Positions 1-9,748 are shown, numbered from the stretch's first letter. The stretch is DNA of 64,000 nucleotides from Vicinamibacteria bacterium (GCA_963668695.2 CAXXLQ010000004.1:608001-672000); one strand, 5' to 3'. Numbers and translations: made by a program. Notes: generated by a model from the sequence alone, not told the origin.

Positions 1-1
1 G

Positions 2-532
2 GGCGGGGCGAATTTCGAGTTCGGTTACAACAACAGCATCGAGAACACATCCGAGGCATTCGCCATCCACCCGACGACGACCGTCCTGCCCGGCCGGCAC
101 GAGTACGACGAGTGGTTCGTGATGTTCTTTTCGAACCCCAGCCGCCCTCTGTCGTTGAACGCCCGTTTTGACACCGGCACCTTCTACTCCGGCACGCGGC
201 GCGCGCTCAACCTGAGCGCGGTGGCGCGGGCCGGCGGGAAGTTGACCGCCTATGTCGGTTGGAGCCGGAACGACATCGCGCTCGCCGAAGGAGAGTTCAC
301 GACCGACCTGCTCACCGCGCGGATCGCCTACACCTTCACCACCAGCATCTTCCTCAACGCACTGATCCAGTACAACAACGTTACCGAGGACTGGAGTTCG
401 AACATCCGGTTCAACATCATCCACCGGCCGCTGTCCGACTTCTTTGTCGTGCTCAACGACCGGCGCGACCCGATGGGGAATCGGATCGACCGGGCGTTCA
501 TTGCCAAGTACACCTACCTGCTCGATTTTTGA
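2..532 (+). CDS. 5'-truncated outer-membrane beta-barrel protein (DUF5916/carbohydrate-binding-family-9-associated-like), C-terminal part
   Basis: Frame is open from the window start. Amphipathic beta-strand pattern, 'NALIQYN..SSNIRFNIIHRPLSDFFVV', C-terminal Phe. Confidence 0.65.
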   Translation, partial: GGANFEFGYNNSIENTSEAFAIHPTTTVLPGRHEYDEWFVMFFSNPSRPLSLNARFDTGTFYSGTRRALNLSAVARAGGKLTAYVGWSRNDIALAEGEFTTDLLTARIAYTFTTSIFLNALIQYNNVTEDWSSNIRFNIIHRPLSDFFVVLNDRRDPMGNRIDRAFIAKYTYLLDF

Positions 533-565
533 TCGACATCCCAGACTCACCAGGAGGAAGGGCAC

Positions 566-964
566 ATGAAACAGCTACTCAGCCAACACAAGGACACCGC
601 GTATGCGCTTATGCGCATCGTGGCCGGCTTCCTGTTCTTCTGTCACGGCGCCCAGAAGCTCTTCGGAGTCATGGGCGGGACGCAACATAAACTGATGTCC
701 CTGCTCGGACTCGCGGGCGTAATCGAAACCGTCGCCGGCCTCGCGATCATGCTCGGCCTCATGACCGGCATCGCCGCCTTTATCAGCAGCGGCCAGATGG
801 CGGTCGCTTACTTCATGGCGCATCAGTTCCGCGCCGACGAAGCCGGAATGATGCTCGGCTGGTTCCCCATCGAGAACATGGGCGAACGGGCCGTGCTCTT
901 CTGCTTCGTGTTCCTGTTCATCGCGATGACCGGCGCGGGGAAGTGGAGCGTGGACAACCGCTGA
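566..964 (+). CDS. DoxX family membrane protein
   Basis: 'RIVAGFLFFCHGAQKLFG', 'G.MAVAYF..H', 'GAGKWSVD'; RBS CAGGAGG upstream. Confidence 0.9.
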   Translation: MKQLLSQHKDTAYALMRIVAGFLFFCHGAQKLFGVMGGTQHKLMSLLGLAGVIETVAGLAIMLGLMTGIAAFISSGQMAVAYFMAHQFRADEAGMMLGWFPIENMGERAVLFCFVFLFIAMTGAGKWSVDNR

Positions 965-1394
965 CCCTCCTGACTCTGAACACCATCCCGGCCTGATTCC
1001 CGTCGGCCGGCCCGTCGGCAGTGATATCCGGCGCGGGGAGGCGAAAACCTTGCCAGCGCCGGTTCGCGCCCGGCTTCACTTCACGGTGAGACGCAACATC
1101 GGCCCGACGGATCGTGAATCCGGATCGGCGCCGTGAGATTCGCCGCGGTTGCTCTACCGGCGCCCCGCGCGGCTTCCCTCAGCTTGCCCCACGCAGAGCT
1201 GCGAAGGGCCCACGCGGAGCTGCGCCGGGATTCCATCGCACCGCTCACCTGAGGCCTGGCGGGCTTCTGCCACCGGAGCGGCGGCAACCGCCTGGCGCGG
1301 CGCTTTTCGCTCTCCCGAGCCGGGTTGCGGCCGGGACGAAGCTTGCCGCGCCGGGTTGGGCGAACCGGGTTGGGCGAACGGGGTTCGGGCCGGG

Positions 1395-1799
1395 TCAGCG
1401 CCGCCGCCGGCGGCGGCGCTGCACGACCTTCACCTGGTCCGGTTCGGTGACGCCGATGAAAAGCTGATCGTTCTCCTGCATGACCTCGCCGGTGATTTGC
1501 AGGTTCCGTCCCTCGTAGCGCTTCACCGGATCCAGTTCCTTCCACAGGTGCACATGGGTTTCGGGGATGAGAGCCAGGAAACCCGACAGGAAGGAGATCC
1601 GAACGCCGGTGCCGCGGACCATCCGCACATCGAGGGCTCGACCCCCGACGGTGATCTCCTCGCCGACGTGATCGGCGCCCACGTCTCGGACCCCCACCAC
1701 CTCCACCTCTTCCGCGGGCGGGGGATCCTGCGCGAACGCCGCGGGGGTGATCAGGACCGCGAACGCGGACGCAGCCGCGAGTTTGTTGCGGAATCTCAT
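1395..1799 (-). CDS. Secreted OB-fold-like protein with C-terminal poly-Arg (paralog A)
   Basis: Start MRFRNK with GAGGAG RBS; AFA-Q signal peptide; homologous to 2082-2510; ends QRRRRRRR. Confidence 0.7.
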   Translation of the reverse strand: MRFRNKLAAASAFAVLITPAAFAQDPPPAEEVEVVGVRDVGADHVGEEITVGGRALDVRMVRGTGVRISFLSGFLALIPETHVHLWKELDPVKRYEGRNLQITGEVMQENDQLFIGVTEPDQVKVVQRRRRRRR

Positions 1800-1876
1800 G
1801 GCAGGCTCCTCGGTCGGCCCCTTGGTGGCGACGGACGGGAGAACCGCGCGAGCCAGCCGGGACCAGCACCGTACCT

Positions 1877-1906
1877 CTTTTAGCGAGAAGCGGGCTCCCG
1901 AGTCAA
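1877..1906 (-). promoter_or_regulatory. Putative sigma70 promoter (TTGACT-N18-TAAAAG)
   Basis: Matching promoter-like sequence at the same position upstream of paralog B. Confidence 0.45.
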
Positions 1907-2081
1907 TGGGCGACTTGGAACGGGGCCTCCTCGGCCCCCCGGGCAACCCATTCCCGGCCCGCCCGCGCCGGCACGGTGGAACCGTGCGGATGCGCTCAGT
2001 GCGGAGTCCCGGACCGCTGGCAGCGCTCGAACCGGGGACGGCGCCAGCCGCACCGGTCGCCCGAATCAGGTTCGGGCCGGA

Positions 2082-2510
2082 TCAGCGCCTCCGGCGGCGG
2101 CGCTGCCTGGGAATGATCTCGATCTGACTGCGGTCAGTGACCTTGATGAAGGGCAACTCGCTCTGCTCCTCGACCTCGCCGGTGATCTTGAGGATGCGCC
2201 CCCTGGCGTAGACCTTTACGGGGTCGGTTCCCTCCCAGTCGCCGAGGTTCGCCCGCGGGATGTACACCCGGAAGGGGTACTCGATGTGGGTCCTGTCGAA
2301 GTGGATGGTGACGCCCTGAACGGGGTTGTTCTCCGTTCTCGCGATGCGTCCCCGGACGACCAGCGACTCGCCGACTTGTTCGAGAGTGATCTCGTGCGGT
2401 GCGACGAACTCCTCCTCCTCGGCGGGAGGATCCTGGGCGAACGCCGCCGGCGCGATCAGGAAAGCGAGCCCGAACGCCGCAGCGGCCGGGACGGTCAAAC
2501 GTGGTCTCAT
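2082..2510 (-). CDS. Secreted OB-fold-like protein with C-terminal poly-Arg (paralog B)
   Basis: Start MRPRLTV with GAGGAGG RBS; AFA-QDPP signal peptide; 'GRILKITGEV..PFIKVT..QI'; ends RQRRRRRR. Confidence 0.7.
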   Translation of the reverse strand: MRPRLTVPAAAAFGLAFLIAPAAFAQDPPAEEEEFVAPHEITLEQVGESLVVRGRIARTENNPVQGVTIHFDRTHIEYPFRVYIPRANLGDWEGTDPVKVYARGRILKITGEVEEQSELPFIKVTDRSQIEIIPRQRRRRRR

Positions 2511-2587
2511 AGCAGCCTCCTCTGTCGGCCCCTTCTTGGCGACGGATAGGTGAACCGCATGAGCCAGTCGGGGCCAGTGCACTGCCC

Positions 2588-2617
2588 TTTGTAGCAACTT
2601 GTCCGCTCCCGAGTCAA
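2588..2617 (-). promoter_or_regulatory. Putative sigma70 promoter (TTGACT-N18-TACAAA)
   Basis: Paralogous to 1877-1906. Confidence 0.45.
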
Positions 2618-2650
2618 AGGGCGTTCTTGCGGAGTGCGGAGCGGATCCCG

Positions 2651-3370
2651 TCACTGGAGCGTTTCGGACCGCCGGCGCCCGTGTTCTTCGTAGTAGCGAC
2701 CGAACCGGGCCCGCCGCCGCCGGCGCCTGAGATCGTTCCACAGGAGGCCCAGGCGGGACTGTCGCCTCGGAATCAGGCCGTCGCGCCGCAGCAGGACATA
2801 CCCCACGACGAGTCCCCCGAGGTGAGCGATGTGGGAGACCCCATCGGATGTCGCCGAAAGGGAACCCGCCAGCGAAATGAAGCCGAACAGGATCACCATG
2901 TGGCGCGCGCTCATCGGCAGGATTCCGAGCAGATAGACCTGAGCTGACGGGAACAAGAGCCCGAAAGCCAGCAGCACGCCGTACACCGCTCCCGAAGCGC
3001 CGATATGCCGCGCATCGAAGAACGCCGGCAGCGGCAGCAAGGCGAAGAGTCCCGCCCCCACCCCGCAGAGCAGGTAGTAGCGGATGAAGCGGCGCCGGCC
3101 CCAGACCCGTTCGAGCTGCGATCCGAACATGTACAGCATGAACATGTTCATCAGCAGGTGGAACAAACCCCCGTGCAGGAACATGTAGGTGAAGAGACCC
3201 CAGACCTCGAGCGAGAGGACCGCGGGCGGATAGAGGCCGAAAAACCCGGTGACGGCCGGAAACACCAGCTGCACCAGATAGACCCCGCCCGTAATCAGGA
3301 TGAGTTGCTTCACGCCCGGCGGCATGGTTCCGGCCCCGAAGAGGGCGCCGGTTCGGTAGCTGCGGTACAT
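2651..3370 (-). CDS. Rhomboid family intramembrane serine protease
   Basis: 'TYMFLHGGLFHLLMNM', 'GASG', 'HLGG'. The longer ORF-track start lies inside a repeat. Confidence 0.92.
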   Translation of the reverse strand: MYRSYRTGALFGAGTMPPGVKQLILITGGVYLVQLVFPAVTGFFGLYPPAVLSLEVWGLFTYMFLHGGLFHLLMNMFMLYMFGSQLERVWGRRRFIRYYLLCGVGAGLFALLPLPAFFDARHIGASGAVYGVLLAFGLLFPSAQVYLLGILPMSARHMVILFGFISLAGSLSATSDGVSHIAHLGGLVVGYVLLRRDGLIPRRQSRLGLLWNDLRRRRRRARFGRYYEEHGRRRSETLQ

Positions 3371-3378
3371 GCTGGTCA

Positions 3379-4159
3379 ACAGCCGGTGGTGGAACCCGGG
3401 TGAGCGCCGAGCCCGGTGAGGCCCAGTTCTCCCGGTGGGGCCAGTTCTCCCGGTGGGGGCCCGGCTGACAAGGCGCGTGAGGGAGGAGCCCCCACCGGGA
3501 GAACTGGCCCGAGTGTATTTCGACCGAAACGCAACGATGAGCGGCGCAAAGCGGAGTGGTGAACAGCCGGTGGTGGAAGCCGCGTGAGCGCCGAGCCCGG
3601 TGAGGCCCAGTTCTCCCGGTGGGGCCAGTCCTCCCGGTGGGGCCAGTTCTCCCGGTGGGGGCCCGGTTGACAAGGCGCGTGAGGGAGGAGCCCCCACCGG
3701 GAGAACTGGCCCGAGTGTATTCCGACCGAAACGCAACGATGAGCGGCGCGCAGCGACGCGGTGAACAGCCGGTGGTGGAACCCACGTGAGCGCCGAGCCC
3801 GGTGAGGCCCAGTTCTCCCGGTGGGGCCAGTTCTCCCGGTGGGGGCCCGGCTGACAAGGCGCGCGAGGGAGGAGTCCCCACCGGGAGAACTGGCCCTGGT
3901 GTATTTCGACCGAAACGCAACGATGAGCGGCGCGAAGCGACGCGATTCAGCCGGGATGGATCGCTGGCCGAGCCCCCACCGGGAGAACTGGGCCGCGTGG
4001 GTTTCACTACCGGTTGTTTGGCCGGGATGGATCGCCGGCCGAGCCCCCACCGGGAGAACTGGGCCGCGTGGGCTCCGCCACCGGCTGTCTGGCCGGGATG
4101 GATCGCCGGGCGAGCCCCCACCGGGAGAACTGGGCCGCATGGTTTTCACCACCGGCTGT
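3379..4159. mobile_element. MITE-like family A, triple self-nested copy
   Basis: Three left termini (3379, 3563, 3765) and three right termini (4017, 4088, 4159); 13 copies of the 18-bp unit. Confidence 0.8.
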
Positions 4160-7008
4160 TAAGAAGCGCGCCGGGCCGCCGGCGCCGGCTCCAGAATCTC
4201 ACGCAGATAGCGCCCGGTCCAGGATTCGGTGTTCCGGGCCACCGCCTCCGGGGTCCCACAGACGACGACCTCGCCGCCGCGACCCCCGCCGTCGGGGCCG
4301 AGATCCACCAGGTAGTCGGCGGTCTTGATCACGTCCAGGTTGTGTTCGATCACTACCACCGTGTTCCCGGCGTCCACCAGACGGTCCAGGACCCGGAGCA
4401 GACGGGCGATGTCGTCGAAATGGAGCCCGGTGGTGGGCTCGTCGAGGATGTAGAGGGTGTCGCCGGTGGACCGCTTCGCAAGTTCGCGAGAGAGCTTGAC
4501 CCGCTGCGCCTCCCCTCCCGAAAGGGTCGGGGACGGTTGTCCCAGCCGGATGTAGCCGAGTCCCACATCCTGGAGCGTCTCGAGAATGTGCAGGATGCCG
4601 GGCTGGGACCGGAACACGGTGATGGCTTCGCTCACCGTGAGGTCGAGCACATCGGCGATGGACCGGCCCTGGTATCGAACCGTGAGCGTCTGGTCGTTGA
4701 AACGCCGTCCGCCGCACACCTGGCAGGACACGAAGACATCGGCCAGGAAGTGCATCTCCACCCGGATCATCCCGTCTCCGTGGCAGTGCTCGCAACGCCC
4801 GCCGGGCACGTTGAAGGAGAAGCGCCCCGGGCGATACCCCTGGGCGCGTGCCGCCGGCAGAGCGGCGAAGAGCAAGCGGATGCCGTCGAAAACCTTCGTG
4901 TAGGTGGCCGGGTTGGAACGCGGGGTGCGGCCGATGGGAGACTGGTCAATGTCCACCACCCTTCCGACGCGTTCCATCCCCTCGATGCGGGAGTGCGGAC
5001 CCACCGGACGCTCCGAGCGGTGGAGCGCGCGGGCGAGCGCCCGGTAGAGAACCTCGTACACGAGGGTGCTCTTGCCGGCGCCGGAGACTCCGGTCACGCA
5101 GGTGAAGGCTCCGAGCGGAATCCGGACATCCACTTCCTTCAGGTTGTTCGCGCGAGCCCCGACGATCCGGACGGAATGCGGTGCGGAGCGCCGGCGGGGC
5201 GGGACGGGGATCTCGAGATCTCCGCGGAGATAGCGTCCGGTGAGAGATTTCGGATCGTTCCGGATCTGCTCCGGAGACCCCTCGGCCACCACTTCCCCGC
5301 CGTAAACCCCAGCCCCCGGGCCGAAGTCCAGCACGTGGTCCGCGGACTCGATGGTCTCCCGGTCGTGCTCCACGACCACCACGGTGTTCCCGATGTCCCG
5401 CAGCCGATGCAGCGCTTCCAGGAGCTTCCCGTTGTCGCGTGGGTGCAGGCCGATGGACGGCTCGTCGAGGATGTAGATGACCCCCGTGAGCTCCGAGCCG
5501 ATCTGGCTGGCCAGCCGGATGCGCTGGGACTCGCCGCCCGAGAGGCTGGGCGCCAGGCGATCGAGCGAGAGGTAGCAGAGCCCCACGTCGGCGAGAAAAC
5601 GGAGCCGATTCCGGATTTCCTTGAGGAGTTCGGCGCCGATGACCAGCGCCGTGCCCTCGAGTTCGAGACTCCCCGCGAGTTCGAGAGCATCCTCGATGGC
5701 CATCGAGGAGATATCCGCGATGGTCCGGCCGCCCACCGTGACGGCGAGCGCCTCGGGACGCAAACGCGTGCCGTCACAGGCGCGGCAGGCGCGGCTCGAG
5801 AAGAAGCGCGCGTAATAGCGCCGCGCCCGGTCGGAGGAGGTTTCCCGCATCCGGCGGGTGAGCACGTTGAGCACTCCCTCCCATTGCACCGGTCGGGAAC
5901 TCTTTTGGTAATTGACGGGAATCCGCTCGCGGCCGGCGCCGGACAGCAGGATCTTCCGCTTGGCGGCGGCGAGACGCTCCCACGGGCGGTCGAGATCCAC
6001 CTCGAACCGCTTCGCCACCCCCCGAATCACCGTCGCCTCCCAGCCGTCCTTCTCGGCGAACCGGCCCCAAAACGCCACCGCGCCCTCGTTGATGCTCAGG
6101 CGCGGATCGGGGACCACGAGGTCCTCGTCCACCTCGCCGCGGGCGCCGAGGCCGTTGCACTCCTTGCACATGCCCTGGGGGCTGTTGAAGGAGAAGAGCT
6201 GCGGAGAAAGCTCGGGGAATCCGATGCCGCAGCTCGGGCAGCCGTTCTTTTCGGAGAAGACCCGGTCCCGGGACTCCCCTTCGACCGCCGCGATCACGAT
6301 GCCGTCCCCCTCGCGAAGCGCGGTCTCGACCGAATCGGTGACCCGCCCCCGCCATTCCTCGCTGACCGGCTCCTTTCGGGCCAGCCGGTCCACCACGATC
6401 TCGACGTTGTGCTTCTTTCGCTTCTCGAGGGCCTCGACTTCCTCGATGAGCTGGACCTCCCCGTCAATCCGCGCCCGGGAGAAGCCGCGGCGCAGGATGG
6501 TCTCCAGGGTGGAGCGGAACTCGCCCCGGCGGTTTTCGAGCACCGGCGCGAGGAGCAGAAACCGCGAGCCGGCCGGGAGATTCGCGAGTTCCTCGACGAT
6601 CTCCTGGGCGGTCTGCGGGCTTACCGCCCGGCCGCAGCGAGGACAGTGGGCGACCCCGACCCGGGCGAAGAGCACCCGCAGGTAGTCGGAAATCTCCGTG
6701 ATGGTCCCGACCGTGGAGCGGGGATTGTGGCTGGCCGACTTCTGATCGACCGAGATTGTCGGAGAGAGCCCCTGGATCGTGTCGTAGAGGGGCTTGTCCA
6801 TCTGCCCGAGGAACTGGCGGGCGTAGCTGGACAGCGATTCGACGTAGCGACGCTGACCTTCGGCGTAGAGGGTGTCGAGCGCCAGGGACGACTTTCCCGA
6901 CCCCGAGACCCCGCTCAGAACGACGAGGCGCTTCTTCGGAATACGAACGGTAATGTTCTTGAGATTGTGCTGCCTGGCGCCCCGCACCACGATGCGATCG
7001 GGCTCCAT
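4159..7008 (-). CDS. uvrA: Excinuclease ABC subunit A
   Basis: 'IVVRGARQHNLKN', two Walker A motifs (GVSGSGKS, GVSGAGKS), LSGGE signatures, Zn fingers. Confidence 0.98.
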   Translation of the reverse strand: MEPDRIVVRGARQHNLKNITVRIPKKRLVVLSGVSGSGKSSLALDTLYAEGQRRYVESLSSYARQFLGQMDKPLYDTIQGLSPTISVDQKSASHNPRSTVGTITEISDYLRVLFARVGVAHCPRCGRAVSPQTAQEIVEELANLPAGSRFLLLAPVLENRRGEFRSTLETILRRGFSRARIDGEVQLIEEVEALEKRKKHNVEIVVDRLARKEPVSEEWRGRVTDSVETALREGDGIVIAAVEGESRDRVFSEKNGCPSCGIGFPELSPQLFSFNSPQGMCKECNGLGARGEVDEDLVVPDPRLSINEGAVAFWGRFAEKDGWEATVIRGVAKRFEVDLDRPWERLAAAKRKILLSGAGRERIPVNYQKSSRPVQWEGVLNVLTRRMRETSSDRARRYYARFFSSRACRACDGTRLRPEALAVTVGGRTIADISSMAIEDALELAGSLELEGTALVIGAELLKEIRNRLRFLADVGLCYLSLDRLAPSLSGGESQRIRLASQIGSELTGVIYILDEPSIGLHPRDNGKLLEALHRLRDIGNTVVVVEHDRETIESADHVLDFGPGAGVYGGEVVAEGSPEQIRNDPKSLTGRYLRGDLEIPVPPRRRSAPHSVRIVGARANNLKEVDVRIPLGAFTCVTGVSGAGKSTLVYEVLYRALARALHRSERPVGPHSRIEGMERVGRVVDIDQSPIGRTPRSNPATYTKVFDGIRLLFAALPAARAQGYRPGRFSFNVPGGRCEHCHGDGMIRVEMHFLADVFVSCQVCGGRRFNDQTLTVRYQGRSIADVLDLTVSEAITVFRSQPGILHILETLQDVGLGYIRLGQPSPTLSGGEAQRVKLSRELAKRSTGDTLYILDEPTTGLHFDDIARLLRVLDRLVDAGNTVVVIEHNLDVIKTADYLVDLGPDGGGRGGEVVVCGTPEAVARNTESWTGRYLREILEPAPAARRAS

Positions 7009-7037
7009 GGACTGTTCCGGGAGTCTAAAGGTTGGGG

Positions 7038-7290
7038 GCGGCCAGTCCCCCCGGTGGGGGCCTAGCAGCGCTGGGCAGTTCTCCCGGTGGGGCCCTTCAG
7101 ACCGGCATCGCTCCCGGCAGGGGAGCGAAACTCCCAGCGCCAGTCCCCGCATGGCGCAGCCGGCAACGAGGATGGCGCAACGCAATCCCGCCCAGGAACG
7201 CCGGTCTTCAGGCCCCCACCGGGAGAACTGGCCAGCATCGCGGCCGCAGGCCGCGAAACTCCCGTCGCCAGTCCCCGCATGGACCAGCAA
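7038..7290. repeat. REP-like family B cluster carrying three 18-bp units
   Basis: GGAACGCCGGTCTTCAG..CC.GCATCGC motifs shared with 17720, 23391, 27660, 34998 and 49362. Confidence 0.6.
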
Positions 7291-7465
7291 AAACCCCAGG
7301 AACGCTGGCCCGTTCTTCCGGTGGAGGTCGGCACCGCGGCCCGACAGGGCCGCGAAACCGCGTGCCGCCCCGCGCCTGCGTGGCGGCCCTCTGAATGACG
7401 TGGGCGACACCGAAGCCCAATACACTCTTCGCTTCGTCCAACTCCGAAAGGCCCTCCCCGCACCC

Positions 7466-8398
7466 ATGCACAACTCCGCCGCCATCGGTTACGACCAGCC
7501 GCTGTTCATCCAGCCCTTCGACCACCGGGGCAGCTTCACGAAGTCCTTCTTCGGCTTCCGCGGCGCCCCGGAAATCTCTCCCGGCAGCGACCGATTCGCG
7601 CCGGTGGCGGCGGCGAAAAGCCTGATCTATCGCGGCCTCCTCCAGGCGATCGAGGGCGGCGTTCCGAAGGAGCAGGTGGGGATCCTGGTGGACGCCCAGT
7701 TCGGCAGCCAGATCCTGGCCGACGCCGACGCCCGGGGGATCCCGCGGGCGGTCTGTATCGAAAAGAGCGGCCAGCCAGTATTCGACTTCGAGTACGGCGC
7801 GGGGTGGGTGAACCACATCCGCTTTCACCGGCCGGACATCGTGAAGGTGCTGGTCCGCCTCCACCCCGACGACCCCGCGGCCGATACCGCGCAGCAACTC
7901 ACCCGGCTCAAGCTCGCGTCGGACTACCTGCACGGCCCGGAACGGCGCCTGTTCATGTTCGAGCTGCTGGTGCCGGCCACCACCGACGAGGACAAGGAAG
8001 CGGGCGCGACCTACGACCGTGACCTCCGCCCCGGCCACATGGTGCGAGCGATCCACCTGATCCAGGACTTCGGCATCGAGCCGGACATCTGGAAGATCGA
8101 GGGAGTGGACCGCGGAGAAGACGCGGAACGAGTCGCGGCGGCGGCTCGCAGCGGACCCGGCCGGGAGCGGGTCGGCTCCATCGTCCTGGGGCGCGGCTCC
8201 GATGCTGCACAGGTCCACGAGTGGCTGCGGGTAGCGGCCCCGGTGGACGGCTTCATCGGCTTCGCCGTCGGCCGCACCAACTTCCGCGAACCGCTGGGTT
8301 CGCACCTCGCCGGCCAGCTCGACGAGGCGGACGCCATCGCGCAAATCGCCGCCAACTACCGGTCCTGCGTGGACACCTGGCGCGCCGCCCGGGATTGA
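7466..8398 (+). CDS. DUF2090 / IolC-C-terminal-like aldolase-fold protein
   Basis: 'PFDHRGSF', 'GILVDAQFG', 'EKSGQ..FDFEYG', 'PDIWKIEG', 'VLGRG', 'GFAVGRT'. Confidence 0.8.
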   Translation: MHNSAAIGYDQPLFIQPFDHRGSFTKSFFGFRGAPEISPGSDRFAPVAAAKSLIYRGLLQAIEGGVPKEQVGILVDAQFGSQILADADARGIPRAVCIEKSGQPVFDFEYGAGWVNHIRFHRPDIVKVLVRLHPDDPAADTAQQLTRLKLASDYLHGPERRLFMFELLVPATTDEDKEAGATYDRDLRPGHMVRAIHLIQDFGIEPDIWKIEGVDRGEDAERVAAAARSGPGRERVGSIVLGRGSDAAQVHEWLRVAAPVDGFIGFAVGRTNFREPLGSHLAGQLDEADAIAQIAANYRSCVDTWRAARD

Positions 8399-8744
8399 GC
8401 GGCCCGGTCCAGGGACCGCGCATCCCGCTTTCTGATCACCTGACGCGCTGCCCTTCGTCGGCGCTTCCTACGTCCTAGCGGGCATCCAACGAGCAACGCT
8501 TGGTGGTTGCTGCATAGCTGGCGGCCGTCCATCCAGCGTCCTCCTTGGATACGGCAAGACAGTCATCGAGGAGCACGGCAGCCGCCTGCTCAGCACATTC
8601 ACACGGGAATTTCGCCGGTTCACACCGGAACCGAAAAAACGCGACTACCGCCAAAGCACGATCGGATCTTCGCTTTGCTCCGGGAGCGGAGGTAGTTCAG
8701 GACCTCCTGATCGCGTTCATCCGGGGTGAGCGGGGGAGGTCACC

Positions 8745-9047
8745 GTGCAGTACACGTTCTATGTCGAAATCTTGATGGTGGGCAGGGGTAAGGAAATCTC
8801 CTGGTCCGTAATGGATCCGAGCATGGGCTTCGTTGCGGAGGCAAAGACGCTGACAGATATTCTCCGGCGCGTTCAGCCCCACTACGAGCACATCGAGAAG
8901 ATTCTCAAGGAGCGCGACGGCGGTTCGACTGTCCATGTTGTGTTTGTCCCGCCTCGATACAGCATCCCCGCCCCCGGTCGCGCCGGATCGGTGCGCCCGC
9001 CGGGGTCGCTACGGATGCCCGCGGTCGACCTTGACGACCACAGTTAG
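8745..9047 (+). CDS. Hypothetical protein
   Basis: GTG start with GGGGGAGG RBS; ends 8 bp before the next ORF. Confidence 0.5.
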   Translation: MQYTFYVEILMVGRGKEISWSVMDPSMGFVAEAKTLTDILRRVQPHYEHIEKILKERDGGSTVHVVFVPPRYSIPAPGRAGSVRPPGSLRMPAVDLDDHS

Positions 9048-9055
9048 GCGGGATC

Positions 9056-9748
9056 ATGACGGAGAGGGGCGAGATGATCCGCAAACAGATAGCCCTGCCC
9101 GACCACCTGAGGCGGTTCCCGTGCCTGATGCCATGGGTCGGCAGGTTCTACCGGGACGACCTCCACCGGCGACTCCTGGTGGTTGCCGAGAGCCACTACC
9201 TGCCGGAGTCAGTCACCTGGCACCGGAATCCTGAAGCGTGGTACGCCAGCAGTCAGGATCGTTTGGATACGGAAGCGACTGGCTGGATTCACACTCAGGG
9301 GTGTGTGCGGTTCCACTGGAACGGCCCTTCCTTGATCTTTCCCAGGATCCGCGAACAGATCTCCATTTCCGTTGAGGCAGATGGAGTAGAGGAGGCGCCG
9401 GCCCCCGGACACTTCGAGCACATCGCGTTCATGAACTTCTTCCAGCGCCCGGCCCCTCACAAAGGCCGGAGCATTAGGGGTCACGTGGTCGAGCAGGACC
9501 TGGAGGTGGCGAGAGAGGTGCTCCGGTGGTTCATCACGACCCACGAGCCAGAGCTGGCCGTCGTCACCTCCGTATTCGCCAGCAAGCACGCCGGGCCGGT
9601 GTTCGAGGAGCGCGGCATCCCCTGGGGGCAAACTCCACACCCCGTTTGCGCCCATTGGCACCGGATCGTAAAGAAGTACGGAGGTATCTCCGGGGCTCAT
9701 CTGTTCCCGGTGTTCCTCACCGCGCACGAATGGATGAGAAGCCGCTGA
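9056..9748 (+). CDS. Hypothetical protein, uracil-DNA-glycosylase-like superfamily
   Basis: 'PWVG..Y...LLVVAESHY', 'AFMNFFQRP', 'PE..VV', late 'PHP' motif, in the order typical of the UDG-like fold. Confidence 0.55.
   Translation: MTERGEMIRKQIALPDHLRRFPCLMPWVGRFYRDDLHRRLLVVAESHYLPESVTWHRNPEAWYASSQDRLDTEATGWIHTQGCVRFHWNGPSLIFPRIREQISISVEADGVEEAPAPGHFEHIAFMNFFQRPAPHKGRSIRGHVVEQDLEVAREVLRWFITTHEPELAVVTSVFASKHAGPVFEERGIPWGQTPHPVCAHWHRIVKKYGGISGAHLFPVFLTAHEWMRSR

Noticed and set aside
965-1394. Possible ncRNA in the 430-bp convergent intergenic region
   Set aside because: Only a 15-bp imperfect direct repeat (CCACGCRGAGCTGCG) and GC-rich stems; no match to an RNA family I can recognise. An Rfam/Infernal scan would settle it.
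3376-4152. ORFs rich in PHRENW/PTGRTG/QFSRWG (also near 14391, 22180, 33909, 57557, 62882, 63069)
   Set aside because: They are translations of the stop-poor repeat in several frames at once, with no independent evidence of coding.
3379-4159. CRISPR-array interpretation of the repeats
   Set aside because: Intervening sequences are homologous to each other rather than unique spacers, units occur in both orientations, and there are no cas genes.
3802-7065. Long antisense ORFs (also 23576-25882, most of 32050-34998, 39493-41922)
   Set aside because: Shadow frames opposite well-supported genes in high-GC DNA.
7009-7485. Long N-terminal extensions of uvrA (likewise rhomboid, scpA, pilN-like and the IS630 transposase from 58803)
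   Set aside because: The extensions run through repeats; family homology and, where visible, the RBS point to the downstream starts.
7466-8398. Inositol catabolism cluster
   Set aside because: Stand-alone DUF2090-like gene with no kinase domain and no other iol genes nearby.
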